DNA of 32,000 nt from Mycobacterium tuberculosis H37Rv (GTDB taxonomy: Bacteria > Actinomycetota > Actinomycetes > Mycobacteriales > Mycobacteriaceae), in contig NC_000962.3 in assembly GCF_000195955.2 (NCBI RefSeq), positions 3,990,001 to 4,022,000 on the forward strand, written 5' to 3'. Below are positions 18,183-29,071 of this stretch, piece by piece; positions within the stretch are counted from its first letter, which is position 1, and each line of letters begins with the position of its first letter. A program made the position numbers and the translations under genes. The notes beneath the pieces were generated by a model, which did not search any database, was not told the DNA's origin, and worked only from the letters and a program-made list of their open reading frames with translations.

Positions 18183-18433
18183 GTTGCCATTCTGACCTCG
18201 TCGCCGCGTCGGACCGACCGCAGGGTATTCGGGCGTTCGTCGCGCAGCCGGCCAACTATGTCGCACCGATTGTGGTTTGCCACATGAGTTTCTGGGTCGA
18301 CGGCAAACAAAGTGCCCTCGCAGCGACACGTGTCGGCGGCTACGGCAAACTGCCCGCTGACACTCACCCATCCGGTGGCTGCTCGCGCCATCTGGCCGAA
18401 TGCCCGGCGGGTCGGAGGATCGGCGCCGGACAC
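18167..18433 (-). pseudogene. Rv3566A-like 88-codon ORF resembling the C-terminal part of a MOSC domain; probable gene remnant
   Basis: GW..VSGQFAVAADTCRCEGTLFAVDPETH....VGRLRDER parallels the conserved MOSC segment (W..l.iG...f.v..pC.RC..t.vDPeTG...epl.tL). There is no N-terminal MOSC portion in frame, since a stop lies 3 codons upstream of the GTG. It overlaps the nat start by 16 nt. Confidence 0.45.
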
Positions 18434-18654
18434 AACAACGCATCATGATGCCTGTTACTGATGCTATTGCCGACCCACGGCACCGGAGGCTTGCAGGCCG
18501 GTGTCGACTTGGACGACAAGGAAGCCCTCGCCGAACTGATCGGCGACAATGCTGCTCCTTGACGTAAGCGTCTGCATATTCGCCATCCGCGAGGACAGCT
18601 GCCCCAACCACGCGACATACCGGACGTGGCTCACCAGACTGCTTACCGGCGACG

Positions 18655-18714
18655 GCGAGCAGACGCAAAATCGCCCAACACGCCCGCAAAATGGGCGATT
18701 TTGCGTCTGCTCGC
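18655..18714. repeat. Perfect 23-bp-stem hairpin (family 2, copy 1), 4 nt downstream of the hsaB stop; putative U-tract-less terminator or attenuator
   Basis: Left arm GCGAGCAGACGCAAAATCGCCCA (18655-18677), 14-nt loop, right arm TGGGCGATTTTGCGTCTGCTCGC (18692-18714). It shares the outer 20 nt of each arm with the palindrome at 31393..31454. Confidence 0.85.
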
Positions 18715-18718
18715 GCCA

Positions 18719-19282
18719 CTAGAGCCAGGTGTCCTGGGTGGTGGTGATGAGGAAAGCCTCCAGGTCGTCGCGCCAGTGCGCCGGCGTGGTCTTTTCCGGC
18801 TCGATGCCGGTGTAGTCGCCGCGATAGAACAGCAGCGGCCGCGGCTTGACCGCCGGGACCTCTGACAGTGACTCGACGGCACCGAACACCACGAAGTGAT
18901 CGCCGCCGTCGTGCACCGACGCCACCGTGCAGTCAATGTAGGCCAGCGATCCCTCGATGATCGGTGAGCCTAGTTCCGAAGGGCGCCAATCGATACCGGC
19001 GAACTTGTCCGGCTCCTTCGAGCCGAATCGCGCCGAGACGTCTTTCTGCTTTTCGGTCAGTACGTTGACGCAGAACCGGCCGCTGGCCTCGATGGCCTGC
19101 CAGGACCGCGACACCTTAGTGGGGCAGAACAGCACCAACGGCGGTTCCAACGACAGCGCCGCGAACGACTGGCACGCAAACCCGACGGGCACGTCGTCGT
19201 GCACAGTGGTGATGACAGTGATCCCCGTACAGAACTGACCGAGCACGGAGCGGAACGTGCGTGGATCGATCTGAGCCGACAT
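18719..19282 (-). CDS. hsaB: HsaB (Rv3567c-like) flavin reductase component of 3-HSA hydroxylase
   Basis: ATG at 19282 (MSAQIDPRTFRSVLGQFCTGITVITT) gives 187 aa. The sequence has flavin-reductase domain character. The ORF-track start at 19333 would overlap hsaC. Confidence 0.92.
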   Translation of the reverse strand: MSAQIDPRTFRSVLGQFCTGITVITTVHDDVPVGFACQSFAALSLEPPLVLFCPTKVSRSWQAIEASGRFCVNVLTEKQKDVSARFGSKEPDKFAGIDWRPSELGSPIIEGSLAYIDCTVASVHDGGDHFVVFGAVESLSEVPAVKPRPLLFYRGDYTGIEPEKTTPAHWRDDLEAFLITTTQDTWL

Positions 19283-19296
19283 CGTTTGCTTTCGAG

Positions 19297-22270
<2,974 letters not shown>

Positions 22271-22309
22271 TTACTTTTGCCTCTCCGGGTTGCGAACTTA
22301 GAGAAAGAC

Positions 22310-22323
22310 TAGAACACGTTCCG
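22310..22323. promoter_or_regulatory. KstR operator TAGAACACGTTCCG (hsaA-proximal)
   Basis: Matches TnnAACnnGTTnnA at 13/14 defined-plus-flank positions; the last base is G instead of A. It lies 39 nt upstream of the hsaA GTG. Confidence 0.8.
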
Positions 22324-22377
22324 ATTTGTGTCGAGCTAGGTATTCCTGCGGCAGGTAGCGATACCAAATGGGTTTTC

Positions 22378-22391
22378 TGTAACATGTTCTA
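22378..22391. promoter_or_regulatory. KstR operator TGTAACATGTTCTA (kshB-proximal)
   Basis: Full match to TnnAACnnGTTnnA, 25 nt upstream of the kshB TTG start. Confidence 0.85.
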
Positions 22392-22416
22392 GTTATGACG
22401 GAAGAGAGGACGGGTC

Positions 22417-23493
22417 TTGACCGAGGCAATTGGAGACGAGCCACTCGGCGACCACGTCCTTGAACTGCAGATCGCCGAGGTCGTCGACGAAACCGACGAG
22501 GCGCGATCGCTGGTCTTCGCGGTGCCCGACGGATCGGACGACCCGGAGATCCCCCCTCGGCGCCTGCGTTACGCCCCCGGCCAATTCTTGACGCTGCGCG
22601 TGCCCAGCGAGCGTACCGGTTCGGTGGCGCGCTGCTACTCGTTGTGCAGTTCGCCCTACACCGACGACGCCTTGGCGGTCACGGTCAAACGAACCGCCGA
22701 CGGGTACGCCTCCAACTGGTTGTGCGATCACGCGCAGGTGGGCATGCGCATCCACGTGCTGGCCCCGTCGGGCAACTTCGTCCCCACAACCCTCGACGCC
22801 GATTTCCTCCTGCTGGCAGCGGGTAGCGGCATCACCCCGATCATGTCGATCTGCAAATCGGCGCTTGCCGAGGGCGGTGGACAGGTGACGCTGCTCTACG
22901 CCAACCGCGACGACCGCTCGGTCATCTTCGGAGACGCGCTGCGCGAGTTGGCGGCGAAGTATCCCGACCGGCTCACGGTGCTGCACTGGCTAGAGTCGCT
23001 GCAGGGGCTGCCGAGCGCGAGCGCGCTGGCCAAGCTCGTCGCGCCCTACACCGACCGGCCGGTGTTCATCTGTGGGCCCGGCCCGTTCATGCAGGCGGCC
23101 CGGGACGCCCTGGCGGCGCTGAAAGTGCCCGCCCAACAGGTGCACATCGAGGTGTTCAAGTCGCTGGAATCGGATCCGTTCGCGGCCGTCAAGGTCGACG
23201 ACAGCGGTGACGAGGCGCCGGCGACCGCGGTGGTGGAACTCGACGGCCAAACCCACACCGTCTCCTGGCCGCGCACCGCCAAGCTGCTCGACGTGCTGCT
23301 GGCCGCGGGCCTGGACGCGCCGTTCTCCTGCCGGGAAGGCCACTGCGGTGCGTGTGCGTGCACCCTGCGCGCCGGCAAAGTGAATATGGGAGTCAACGAC
23401 GTGCTCGAGCAGCAGGATCTCGATGAGGGACTGATTTTGGCCTGTCAATCTCGCCCGGAATCTGATTCGGTGGAAGTGACCTACGACGAGTAG
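22417..23493 (+). CDS. kshB: KshB (Rv3571-like) reductase component of 3-ketosteroid 9-alpha-hydroxylase
   Basis: 358-aa ORF starting at TTG 22417, preceded by GAAGAGAGGA. It has RCYSLCS (RxYS), GSGITPIMS, and C-terminal 2Fe-2S cysteines CREGHCGACAC...LACQ. Confidence 0.94.
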   Translation: MTEAIGDEPLGDHVLELQIAEVVDETDEARSLVFAVPDGSDDPEIPPRRLRYAPGQFLTLRVPSERTGSVARCYSLCSSPYTDDALAVTVKRTADGYASNWLCDHAQVGMRIHVLAPSGNFVPTTLDADFLLLAAGSGITPIMSICKSALAEGGGQVTLLYANRDDRSVIFGDALRELAAKYPDRLTVLHWLESLQGLPSASALAKLVAPYTDRPVFICGPGPFMQAARDALAALKVPAQQVHIEVFKSLESDPFAAVKVDDSGDEAPATAVVELDGQTHTVSWPRTAKLLDVLLAAGLDAPFSCREGHCGACACTLRAGKVNMGVNDVLEQQDLDEGLILACQSRPESDSVEVTYDE

Positions 23494-23510
23494 TCCCGGA
23501 AGGGAGCGAG

Positions 23511-24041
23511 ATGACGCGGCTGATACCGGGTTGCACGCTCGTCGGGCTGATGCTGACGTTACTGCCCGCGCCCACCTCGGCGGCCGGGAGCAACACCGCC
23601 ACCACCCTGTTCCCGGTCGACGAGGTCACCCAGCTGGAGACGCACACCTTCCTCGATTGCCACCCCAACGGCAGCTGCGACTTCGTCGCTGGAGCAAATC
23701 TGCGCACACCCGACGGCCCGACGGGCTTTCCGCCCGGGCTGTGGGCGCGCCAAACCACCGAGATCCGTTCGACGAACCGGTTGGCCTATCTGGACGCGCA
23801 CGCCACCAGCCAGTTCGAACGGGTAATGAAGGCGGGCGGATCCGACGTGATCACCACCGTCTACTTCGGCGAGGGTCCGCCGGACAAATACCAGACCACC
23901 GGGGTCATCGACTCGACCAATTGGTCGACCGGTCAACCGATGACCGACGTCAACGTCATCGTGTGTACACACATGCAGGTGGTCTACCCGGGGGTCAACC
24001 TCACCTCGCCCAGCACCTGCGCGCAAGCCAACTTTTCCTAG
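23511..24041 (+). CDS. Rv3572-like secreted protein of unknown function
   Basis: 176-aa ORF that starts 17 nt after the kshB stop. It has an N-terminal signal-like segment, MTRLIPGCTLVGLMLTLLPAPTSAAG. Four Cys lie in the mature part. I recognise no domain. Confidence 0.8.
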   Translation: MTRLIPGCTLVGLMLTLLPAPTSAAGSNTATTLFPVDEVTQLETHTFLDCHPNGSCDFVAGANLRTPDGPTGFPPGLWARQTTEIRSTNRLAYLDAHATSQFERVMKAGGSDVITTVYFGEGPPDKYQTTGVIDSTNWSTGQPMTDVNVIVCTHMQVVYPGVNLTSPSTCAQANFS

Positions 24042-24076
24042 CTAGGACTCGTCCTGGTACTCGCTGAGCCGGTAAA

Positions 24077-26212
24077 TCAACGCGGCAGACCCAGCAGCCG
24101 TTCGGCGGCCACCGTCAACAGGATCTGCTCGGTACCGCCGGCTATCGTCAGGCACCGGGTGTTGAGGAAGTCGTACACCGCGCGGTTCTCGACGAGCCCG
24201 CCCCCGTCGGACACCTCCATCAGGTATTCGGCCAGCGCCTGTCGGTAGCGCACGCCGATCAGTTTGCGGACGCTGGATTGCGCCCCCGGATCCTGGCCGC
24301 CGACGGCCAACTCGGCGATCCGCCGGTCCAACAGCGCACCGGCCTGAGCCAGCAGGATCAGCCTGCCCAGCCGATCTTGCTGCGCGACATCGAGTTCCAT
24401 GTCACCCAAGACCTTGAGCAGCTCTTCCATCGGGTTGCCCAGCGCGGTCCCGGTGGCCATCGCGACCCGCTCGTTGGCTAGCGTGGTGCGCGCCAGCCGC
24501 CAGCCGTCGTTCACGGCGCCGACGACCATCTCGTCGGGGACGAACACATTGTCCAGGAAGACCTCGTTGAACAGCGAGTCGCCGGTGATCTCGCGCAGCG
24601 GTCGGATCTCAATTCCCGGTGTGGTCATGTCCACCAGGAAGTAGGTAATGCCCTTGTGCTTCGGAGCATCCGGGTCGGTGCGCGCCAGGCACACCCCCCA
24701 CCGAGCCTTGTGAGCCGCCGACGTCCACACCTTCTGTCCGGTGAGCAGCCAGCCGCCGTCAGCCCGCACCGCCTTGGTACGCAGCGACGCCAGGTCCGAA
24801 CCGGCCCCCGGCTCGGAAAATAGCTGACACCAAAGGAATTCACCGCGCATGGTGGCCGGGACGAAACGTTCGATCTGTTCCGGCGTGCCGTGTTCAAGGA
24901 TGGTCGGCGCCGCCCACCAGCCGATCACCAGGTCCGGGCGCTCAACCTTGGCCGCGGCCAGTTCCTGATCGATCAGCAGTTGCTCGGCCGGGGACGCGCC
25001 GCGCCCGTACGGCGCCGGCCAGTGCGGCGCCAGCAGGCCGGTGTCCGCCAGCGCCACCTGACGTTTCTCCTCGGGCAACGCGGCCACCTCGGCGACCGCC
25101 GCCGCGATCTCCGGTCGCAGGCCGGCCACCTCGGCCAGGTCGACGCCCAAGCGACGACGGACACCGGCCTGGGTCAGCGCCGTAACCCGACGCAGCCAGC
25201 GCCCGGATCCACCGAGGAACCCACCGATTCCGTGGGCCCGGCGCAGATACAAATGCGCGTCGTGCTCCCAGGTGCAGCCGATACCACCGAGCACCTGGAT
25301 ACAGTCCTTGGCGTTGGCTTTGGCGGCGTCGATGCCGATGCTCGCGGCCACCGCCGCGGCGATCGAAAGTTGGGTGCCATCGGAATCGGCTGCGGCGCGG
25401 GCCGCATCGGCGGCGGCCACATCGGCCTGCTCGGCACGGCACAACATCTGAGCACACAGGTGCTTGACAGCCTGGAAGCTGCCGATCGGCTTGCCGAATT
25501 GCTCCCGCACCTTGGCGTAGGCAACCGCGGTATCGAGCGTCCATCGAGCCACCCCGGCCGCCTCGGCCGCCAGCACGGTAGCGGCCAGGTCTTCCACCCG
25601 CTCCCCCGACACCTCCAGAACGGTGACCGGTGCCGATGTCAGCACCATCCGGGCCAGCGGCAGCGAAAAGTCGGTGGCCCGCAGCGGCTCCACTACGACC
25701 TCGTCGCAAGCAGTGTCCACCAGCAGCCAATTCCCGTCGGCCGGCAACAGCACGACGCCGCCGGGCGCGCCACCAAGCACTCGGCCGACGGTGCCCGACG
25801 CGGTCGACGTCTTCGGGTCGACCTGCACGCCACCGTCGATAGCCACCCCGGCGAACCGTTCACCCGACGCTAGCGCGCTGCGCAGCTTGGGATCGGAGAC
25901 AACCAAAGTGGCCACCGCGGTGGTCGCGACCGGCCCCGGTACCAACGCCCTGGCCGCCTCGTCGACCATCGCACACAGGTCCTCGATGCTGCCGCCAGCT
26001 CCGCCACAATCCTCTGGGACGGCGACACCGAAGAGGCCCAGGCCCGCCAGCCCGGCGAACACCGGCCGCCATGCGTCCGCATTTCCTTCTTCGAAGCCGT
26101 ATTCCATGTCGCGGACCGCCGCAGTCGCGGCCGCACCTGAGGCCGCGGTGCGGGCCCAGCCGCGCACCAACTCACGAGCCGCGGATTGTTCGTCGGTGAC
26201 GGTCGCTACCAC
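24077..26212 (-). CDS. fadE34: FadE34 (Rv3573c-like) double acyl-CoA dehydrogenase fusion (beta-like N-half, alpha-like C-half)
   Basis: 711-aa ORF starting at GTG 26212. The N-half ends GCTWEHDAHLYLRRAHG, like FadE32/33. The C-half has SEPGAGSDLAS and the terminal AGGTEQILLTVAAERLLGLPR, like FadE30/31. Confidence 0.94.
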   Translation of the reverse strand: MVATVTDEQSAARELVRGWARTAASGAAATAAVRDMEYGFEEGNADAWRPVFAGLAGLGLFGVAVPEDCGGAGGSIEDLCAMVDEAARALVPGPVATTAVATLVVSDPKLRSALASGERFAGVAIDGGVQVDPKTSTASGTVGRVLGGAPGGVVLLPADGNWLLVDTACDEVVVEPLRATDFSLPLARMVLTSAPVTVLEVSGERVEDLAATVLAAEAAGVARWTLDTAVAYAKVREQFGKPIGSFQAVKHLCAQMLCRAEQADVAAADAARAAADSDGTQLSIAAAVAASIGIDAAKANAKDCIQVLGGIGCTWEHDAHLYLRRAHGIGGFLGGSGRWLRRVTALTQAGVRRRLGVDLAEVAGLRPEIAAAVAEVAALPEEKRQVALADTGLLAPHWPAPYGRGASPAEQLLIDQELAAAKVERPDLVIGWWAAPTILEHGTPEQIERFVPATMRGEFLWCQLFSEPGAGSDLASLRTKAVRADGGWLLTGQKVWTSAAHKARWGVCLARTDPDAPKHKGITYFLVDMTTPGIEIRPLREITGDSLFNEVFLDNVFVPDEMVVGAVNDGWRLARTTLANERVAMATGTALGNPMEELLKVLGDMELDVAQQDRLGRLILLAQAGALLDRRIAELAVGGQDPGAQSSVRKLIGVRYRQALAEYLMEVSDGGGLVENRAVYDFLNTRCLTIAGGTEQILLTVAAERLLGLPR

Positions 26213-26265
26213 CTGCAGACCTCCGCGTCGACAATTTCACATAGCAATGGAGCGTTCTTGCCCAC

Positions 26266-26279
26266 TAGAACGTGTTCTA
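26266..26279. promoter_or_regulatory. KstR operator TAGAACGTGTTCTA in the fadE34/kstR divergent region
   Basis: Full match to TnnAACnnGTTnnA, inside the extended dyad CACTAGAACGTGTTCTAATAGTG (26263-26285). It lies 53 nt from the fadE34 GTG. Confidence 0.88.
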
Positions 26280-26483
26280 ATAGTGCTAACGATCAACCGT
26301 CAAGTCGAAGGCAATAACTCCAGCACATGTCGTCGTCTCGGCTGTCGGGAGGTGGGAAATCTACACACAGCATGCGTATCGTTTGCAAACGAACCGCCCG
26401 GAAGAGGAGCTGCCCGCTACATGTCGTCAGCGAACACGAACACCAGTAGCGCTCCCGACGCACCACCTCGCGCGGTCATGAAA

Positions 26484-27083
26484 GTGGCGGTACTTGCCGA
26501 GTCCGAGCTCGGATCGGAGGCACAGCGGGAGCGCCGCAAGCGCATCTTGGACGCCACCATGGCTATCGCGTCCAAAGGCGGCTATGAGGCGGTGCAGATG
26601 CGCGCCGTCGCCGACCGCGCCGACGTCGCGGTTGGCACGCTGTACCGGTACTTCCCGTCGAAGGTGCATCTGCTGGTGTCGGCGCTGGGTCGGGAATTCA
26701 GCCGCATCGACGCGAAAACCGACCGCTCCGCGGTCGCCGGGGCCACCCCCTTCCAGCGGCTGAACTTTATGGTCGGCAAGCTCAACCGCGCGATGCAACG
26801 CAATCCGCTACTCACCGAGGCCATGACACGTGCCTACGTGTTCGCCGACGCCTCGGCGGCCAGCGAGGTCGACCAGGTCGAAAAGCTCATCGACAGTATG
26901 TTCGCGCGTGCAATGGCCAACGGCGAACCAACCGAGGACCAGTACCACATAGCGCGGGTGATCTCGGACGTGTGGTTGTCGAACCTGCTCGCGTGGCTTA
27001 CCCGACGAGCCTCGGCTACCGACGTCAGCAAGCGGCTGGACCTGGCCGTGCGGCTGCTGATCGGCGATCAAGACAGCGCCTAG
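26484..27083 (+). CDS. kstR: KstR (Rv3574-like) TetR-family repressor of the cholesterol regulon
   Basis: TetR HTH QMRAVADRADVAVGTLYRYFPSKVHLL. The start is uncertain: GTG 26484 (199 aa, my recollection of the curated length), ATG 26478 (201 aa) or ATG 26421 (220 aa). The 486-aa ORF-track call is rejected. Confidence 0.88.
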   Translation: MAVLAESELGSEAQRERRKRILDATMAIASKGGYEAVQMRAVADRADVAVGTLYRYFPSKVHLLVSALGREFSRIDAKTDRSAVAGATPFQRLNFMVGKLNRAMQRNPLLTEAMTRAYVFADASAASEVDQVEKLIDSMFARAMANGEPTEDQYHIARVISDVWLSNLLAWLTRRASATDVSKRLDLAVRLLIGDQDSA

Positions 27084-27088
27084 AAGAC

Positions 27089-28168
27089 TTACGCCGGCGG
27101 ACCCGCGGTGCGGCCCCGGACCAGCTCGGTATCGAGCACCTCGATGACGGGCAGTCCGGACCGCGGCGGCTTCAGCAATAGCTCGCCCGCCCGGTGCCCC
27201 TTGTGCAGACTCGGCTGCGCGACCGTGGTCAGCCCCCGGCTCAGCGCCTCTGGCACTCCGTCAAACCCTGTGACGGTCATCTGCCCGGGCACGTAAATCC
27301 CGTGCGCCCGAAGGTAATCCATAGCTGAGAGCGCCAAGATGTCCGCTGTGCACATCAGCGCGGTCAGCCGCGGATTGGCCTGCAGAGCCACCTTGGCGGC
27401 AGTGCCGCCGGACGTCGGCAAATGCTCGTAGCTTTCCACCACGGTCAGCGAGTCCGGGTCGACGCCGGCGGCCGTCATCGCCTCCCATACGCCGACGATG
27501 CGTTCGCGCTGTACGTCGAAGGTCGGCGACCGCAGCCGCTCGGCGTCCACCAAGTCTTGCCGCCGATCCCGTCCCAGCCGCATGGTCAGCAGGCCGAGCT
27601 CGCGATGCCCCAACCCGAGTACGTAGCCGGCAAGCTCACGCATCGCCGCCCGGTCGTCGATGCCGACCCGGGACACTCCGGAGAGGTCTTTGGGCTGGTC
27701 GACCACCACCACCGGCAGCCGCCGCTGCAGCACGACCTGCAGGTAGGGATCGTCGTCGCCTACCGAATACACCACGAAGCCGTCCACCCCAGCGCCGAGC
27801 ACGGCAGCTGTGCCGTCCGCAAGGCTCCGACTGGAGCCGACGGAAACCAGCTGCAGGCCCTGCCCCAGCTCTTCGCACGACTGCGCCACTCCCGCAACAA
27901 AATCCCGCGCGGCCGGGTCGCTGAAGAAATAGGTCAGCGGTTCGGCCATCACCAAACCGACCGCACCGGCTTTGCGGGTCCGCAACGATCGCGCCACCGG
28001 ATCCGGTCCGGCATAGCCCAGTCGCTTGGCCGTGGCAAGCACTCGTTCACGTAGATCGGCGGAGAGCTGATCCGGTCGGTTAAAAGCATTCGAGACAGTG
28101 GTGCGGGACACCTTGAGCTCGGCTGCTAACGACGCCAGAGTCGCCCGCCTCCGCGGTGTGGGACTCAC
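27089..28168 (-). CDS. LacI-family transcriptional regulator (Rv3575c-like)
   Basis: HTH ATLASLAAELKVSRTTVSNAFNRPDQLS followed by a periplasmic-binding-protein-like sugar-binding fold. GTG at 28168 gives 359 aa. An ATG at 28261 (390 aa) and the ORF-track start at 28303 are alternatives. No clear SD precedes any of them. Confidence 0.82.
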   Translation of the reverse strand: MSPTPRRRATLASLAAELKVSRTTVSNAFNRPDQLSADLRERVLATAKRLGYAGPDPVARSLRTRKAGAVGLVMAEPLTYFFSDPAARDFVAGVAQSCEELGQGLQLVSVGSSRSLADGTAAVLGAGVDGFVVYSVGDDDPYLQVVLQRRLPVVVVDQPKDLSGVSRVGIDDRAAMRELAGYVLGLGHRELGLLTMRLGRDRRQDLVDAERLRSPTFDVQRERIVGVWEAMTAAGVDPDSLTVVESYEHLPTSGGTAAKVALQANPRLTALMCTADILALSAMDYLRAHGIYVPGQMTVTGFDGVPEALSRGLTTVAQPSLHKGHRAGELLLKPPRSGLPVIEVLDTELVRGRTAGPPA

Positions 28169-28357
28169 GTTCGGTGAGGGTACAGCGGACCCTCGAGCAC
28201 GCAATATCGTGGGCCGGCTGGCAACCGTCGGTTTCGACGTTGGTGACGACCCCTCGTTCATGAATCGTTCTTGAGCTCCCCGTTTTGCTGGATGCCCAGG
28301 CACCGCCGGTACTGCTGCGCTTAAGCTTGTCGCACATGGTGCCGGCAGGGAGGAACA

Positions 28358-29071
28358 GTGGGCAAGCAGCTAGCCGCGCTCGCCGCGCTGGTCGGTGCGT
28401 GCATGCTCGCAGCCGGATGCACCAACGTGGTCGACGGGACCGCCGTGGCTGCCGACAAATCCGGACCACTGCATCAGGATCCGATACCGGTTTCAGCGCT
28501 TGAAGGGCTGCTTCTCGACTTGAGCCAGATCAATGCCGCGCTGGGTGCGACATCGATGAAGGTGTGGTTCAACGCCAAGGCAATGTGGGACTGGAGCAAG
28601 AGCGTGGCCGACAAGAATTGCCTGGCTATCGACGGTCCAGCACAGGAAAAGGTCTATGCCGGCACCGGGTGGACCGCTATGCGCGGCCAACGGCTGGATG
28701 ACAGCATCGATGACTCCAAGAAACGCGACCACTACGCCATTCAAGCGGTCGTCGGCTTCCCGACCGCACATGATGCCGAGGAGTTCTACAGCTCCTCGGT
28801 GCAAAGCTGGAGCAGCTGCTCGAACCGCCGGTTTGTCGAAGTCACCCCCGGACAGGACGACGCCGCCTGGACTGTGGCTGACGTTGTCAACGACAACGGC
28901 ATGCTCAGTAGCTCGCAGGTTCAGGAAGGCGGCGACGGATGGACCTGCCAGCGTGCCCTGACTGCGCGCAACAACGTCACTATCGACATTGTCACGTGCG
29001 CCTATAGCCAACCGGATTTGGTGGCGATTGGCATCGCTAACCAAATCGCGGCCAAGGTTGCTAAGCAGTAG
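28358..29071 (+). CDS. lppH: LppH (Rv3576-like) lipoprotein
   Basis: GTG at 28358 is preceded by GGGAGGA. The signal peptide has lipobox MLAAGC (Cys21). Four further Cys are compatible with two disulfides. I recall this family being related to the PknH extracellular sensor domain, unverified. Confidence 0.9.
   Translation: MGKQLAALAALVGACMLAAGCTNVVDGTAVAADKSGPLHQDPIPVSALEGLLLDLSQINAALGATSMKVWFNAKAMWDWSKSVADKNCLAIDGPAQEKVYAGTGWTAMRGQRLDDSIDDSKKRDHYAIQAVVGFPTAHDAEEFYSSSVQSWSSCSNRRFVEVTPGQDDAAWTVADVVNDNGMLSSSQVQEGGDGWTCQRALTARNNVTIDIVTCAYSQPDLVAIGIANQIAAKVAKQ

Noticed and set aside
18183-18719. 179-codon upstream extension of the nat reading frame (ORF track 17331..18719, 462 aa).
   Set aside because: The extension is Arg/Cys-rich nonsense-like sequence and runs through the 23-bp hairpin. 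NAT homology starts at MALDLTAYF (ATG 18182), which gives the expected 283 aa.
24042-24076. Possible terminator hairpin between convergent Rv3572 and fadE34 (AGGAC TC GTCCT).
   Set aside because: It has only a 5-bp stem with a 2-nt loop, which is sterically implausible and far weaker than the other hairpins in the window. No U-tract is present.
25623-26420. N-terminal ~265 aa of the 486-aa + strand ORF that ends as kstR.
   Set aside because: This part is antisense to fadE34 and runs through the KstR operator and the divergent promoter region. TetR-family homology begins only around 26500. The true start is one of 26421, 26478 or 26484.
28169-28357. Search for a LacI-family palindromic operator, and for a KstR-like box (TGAATCGTTCTTGA), in the Rv3575c/lppH spacer.
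   Set aside because: The KstR-like string fails at the conserved AAC half-site (AAT instead). Only trivial 6-bp palindromes such as AAGCTT are present, so nothing can be supported without comparative data.
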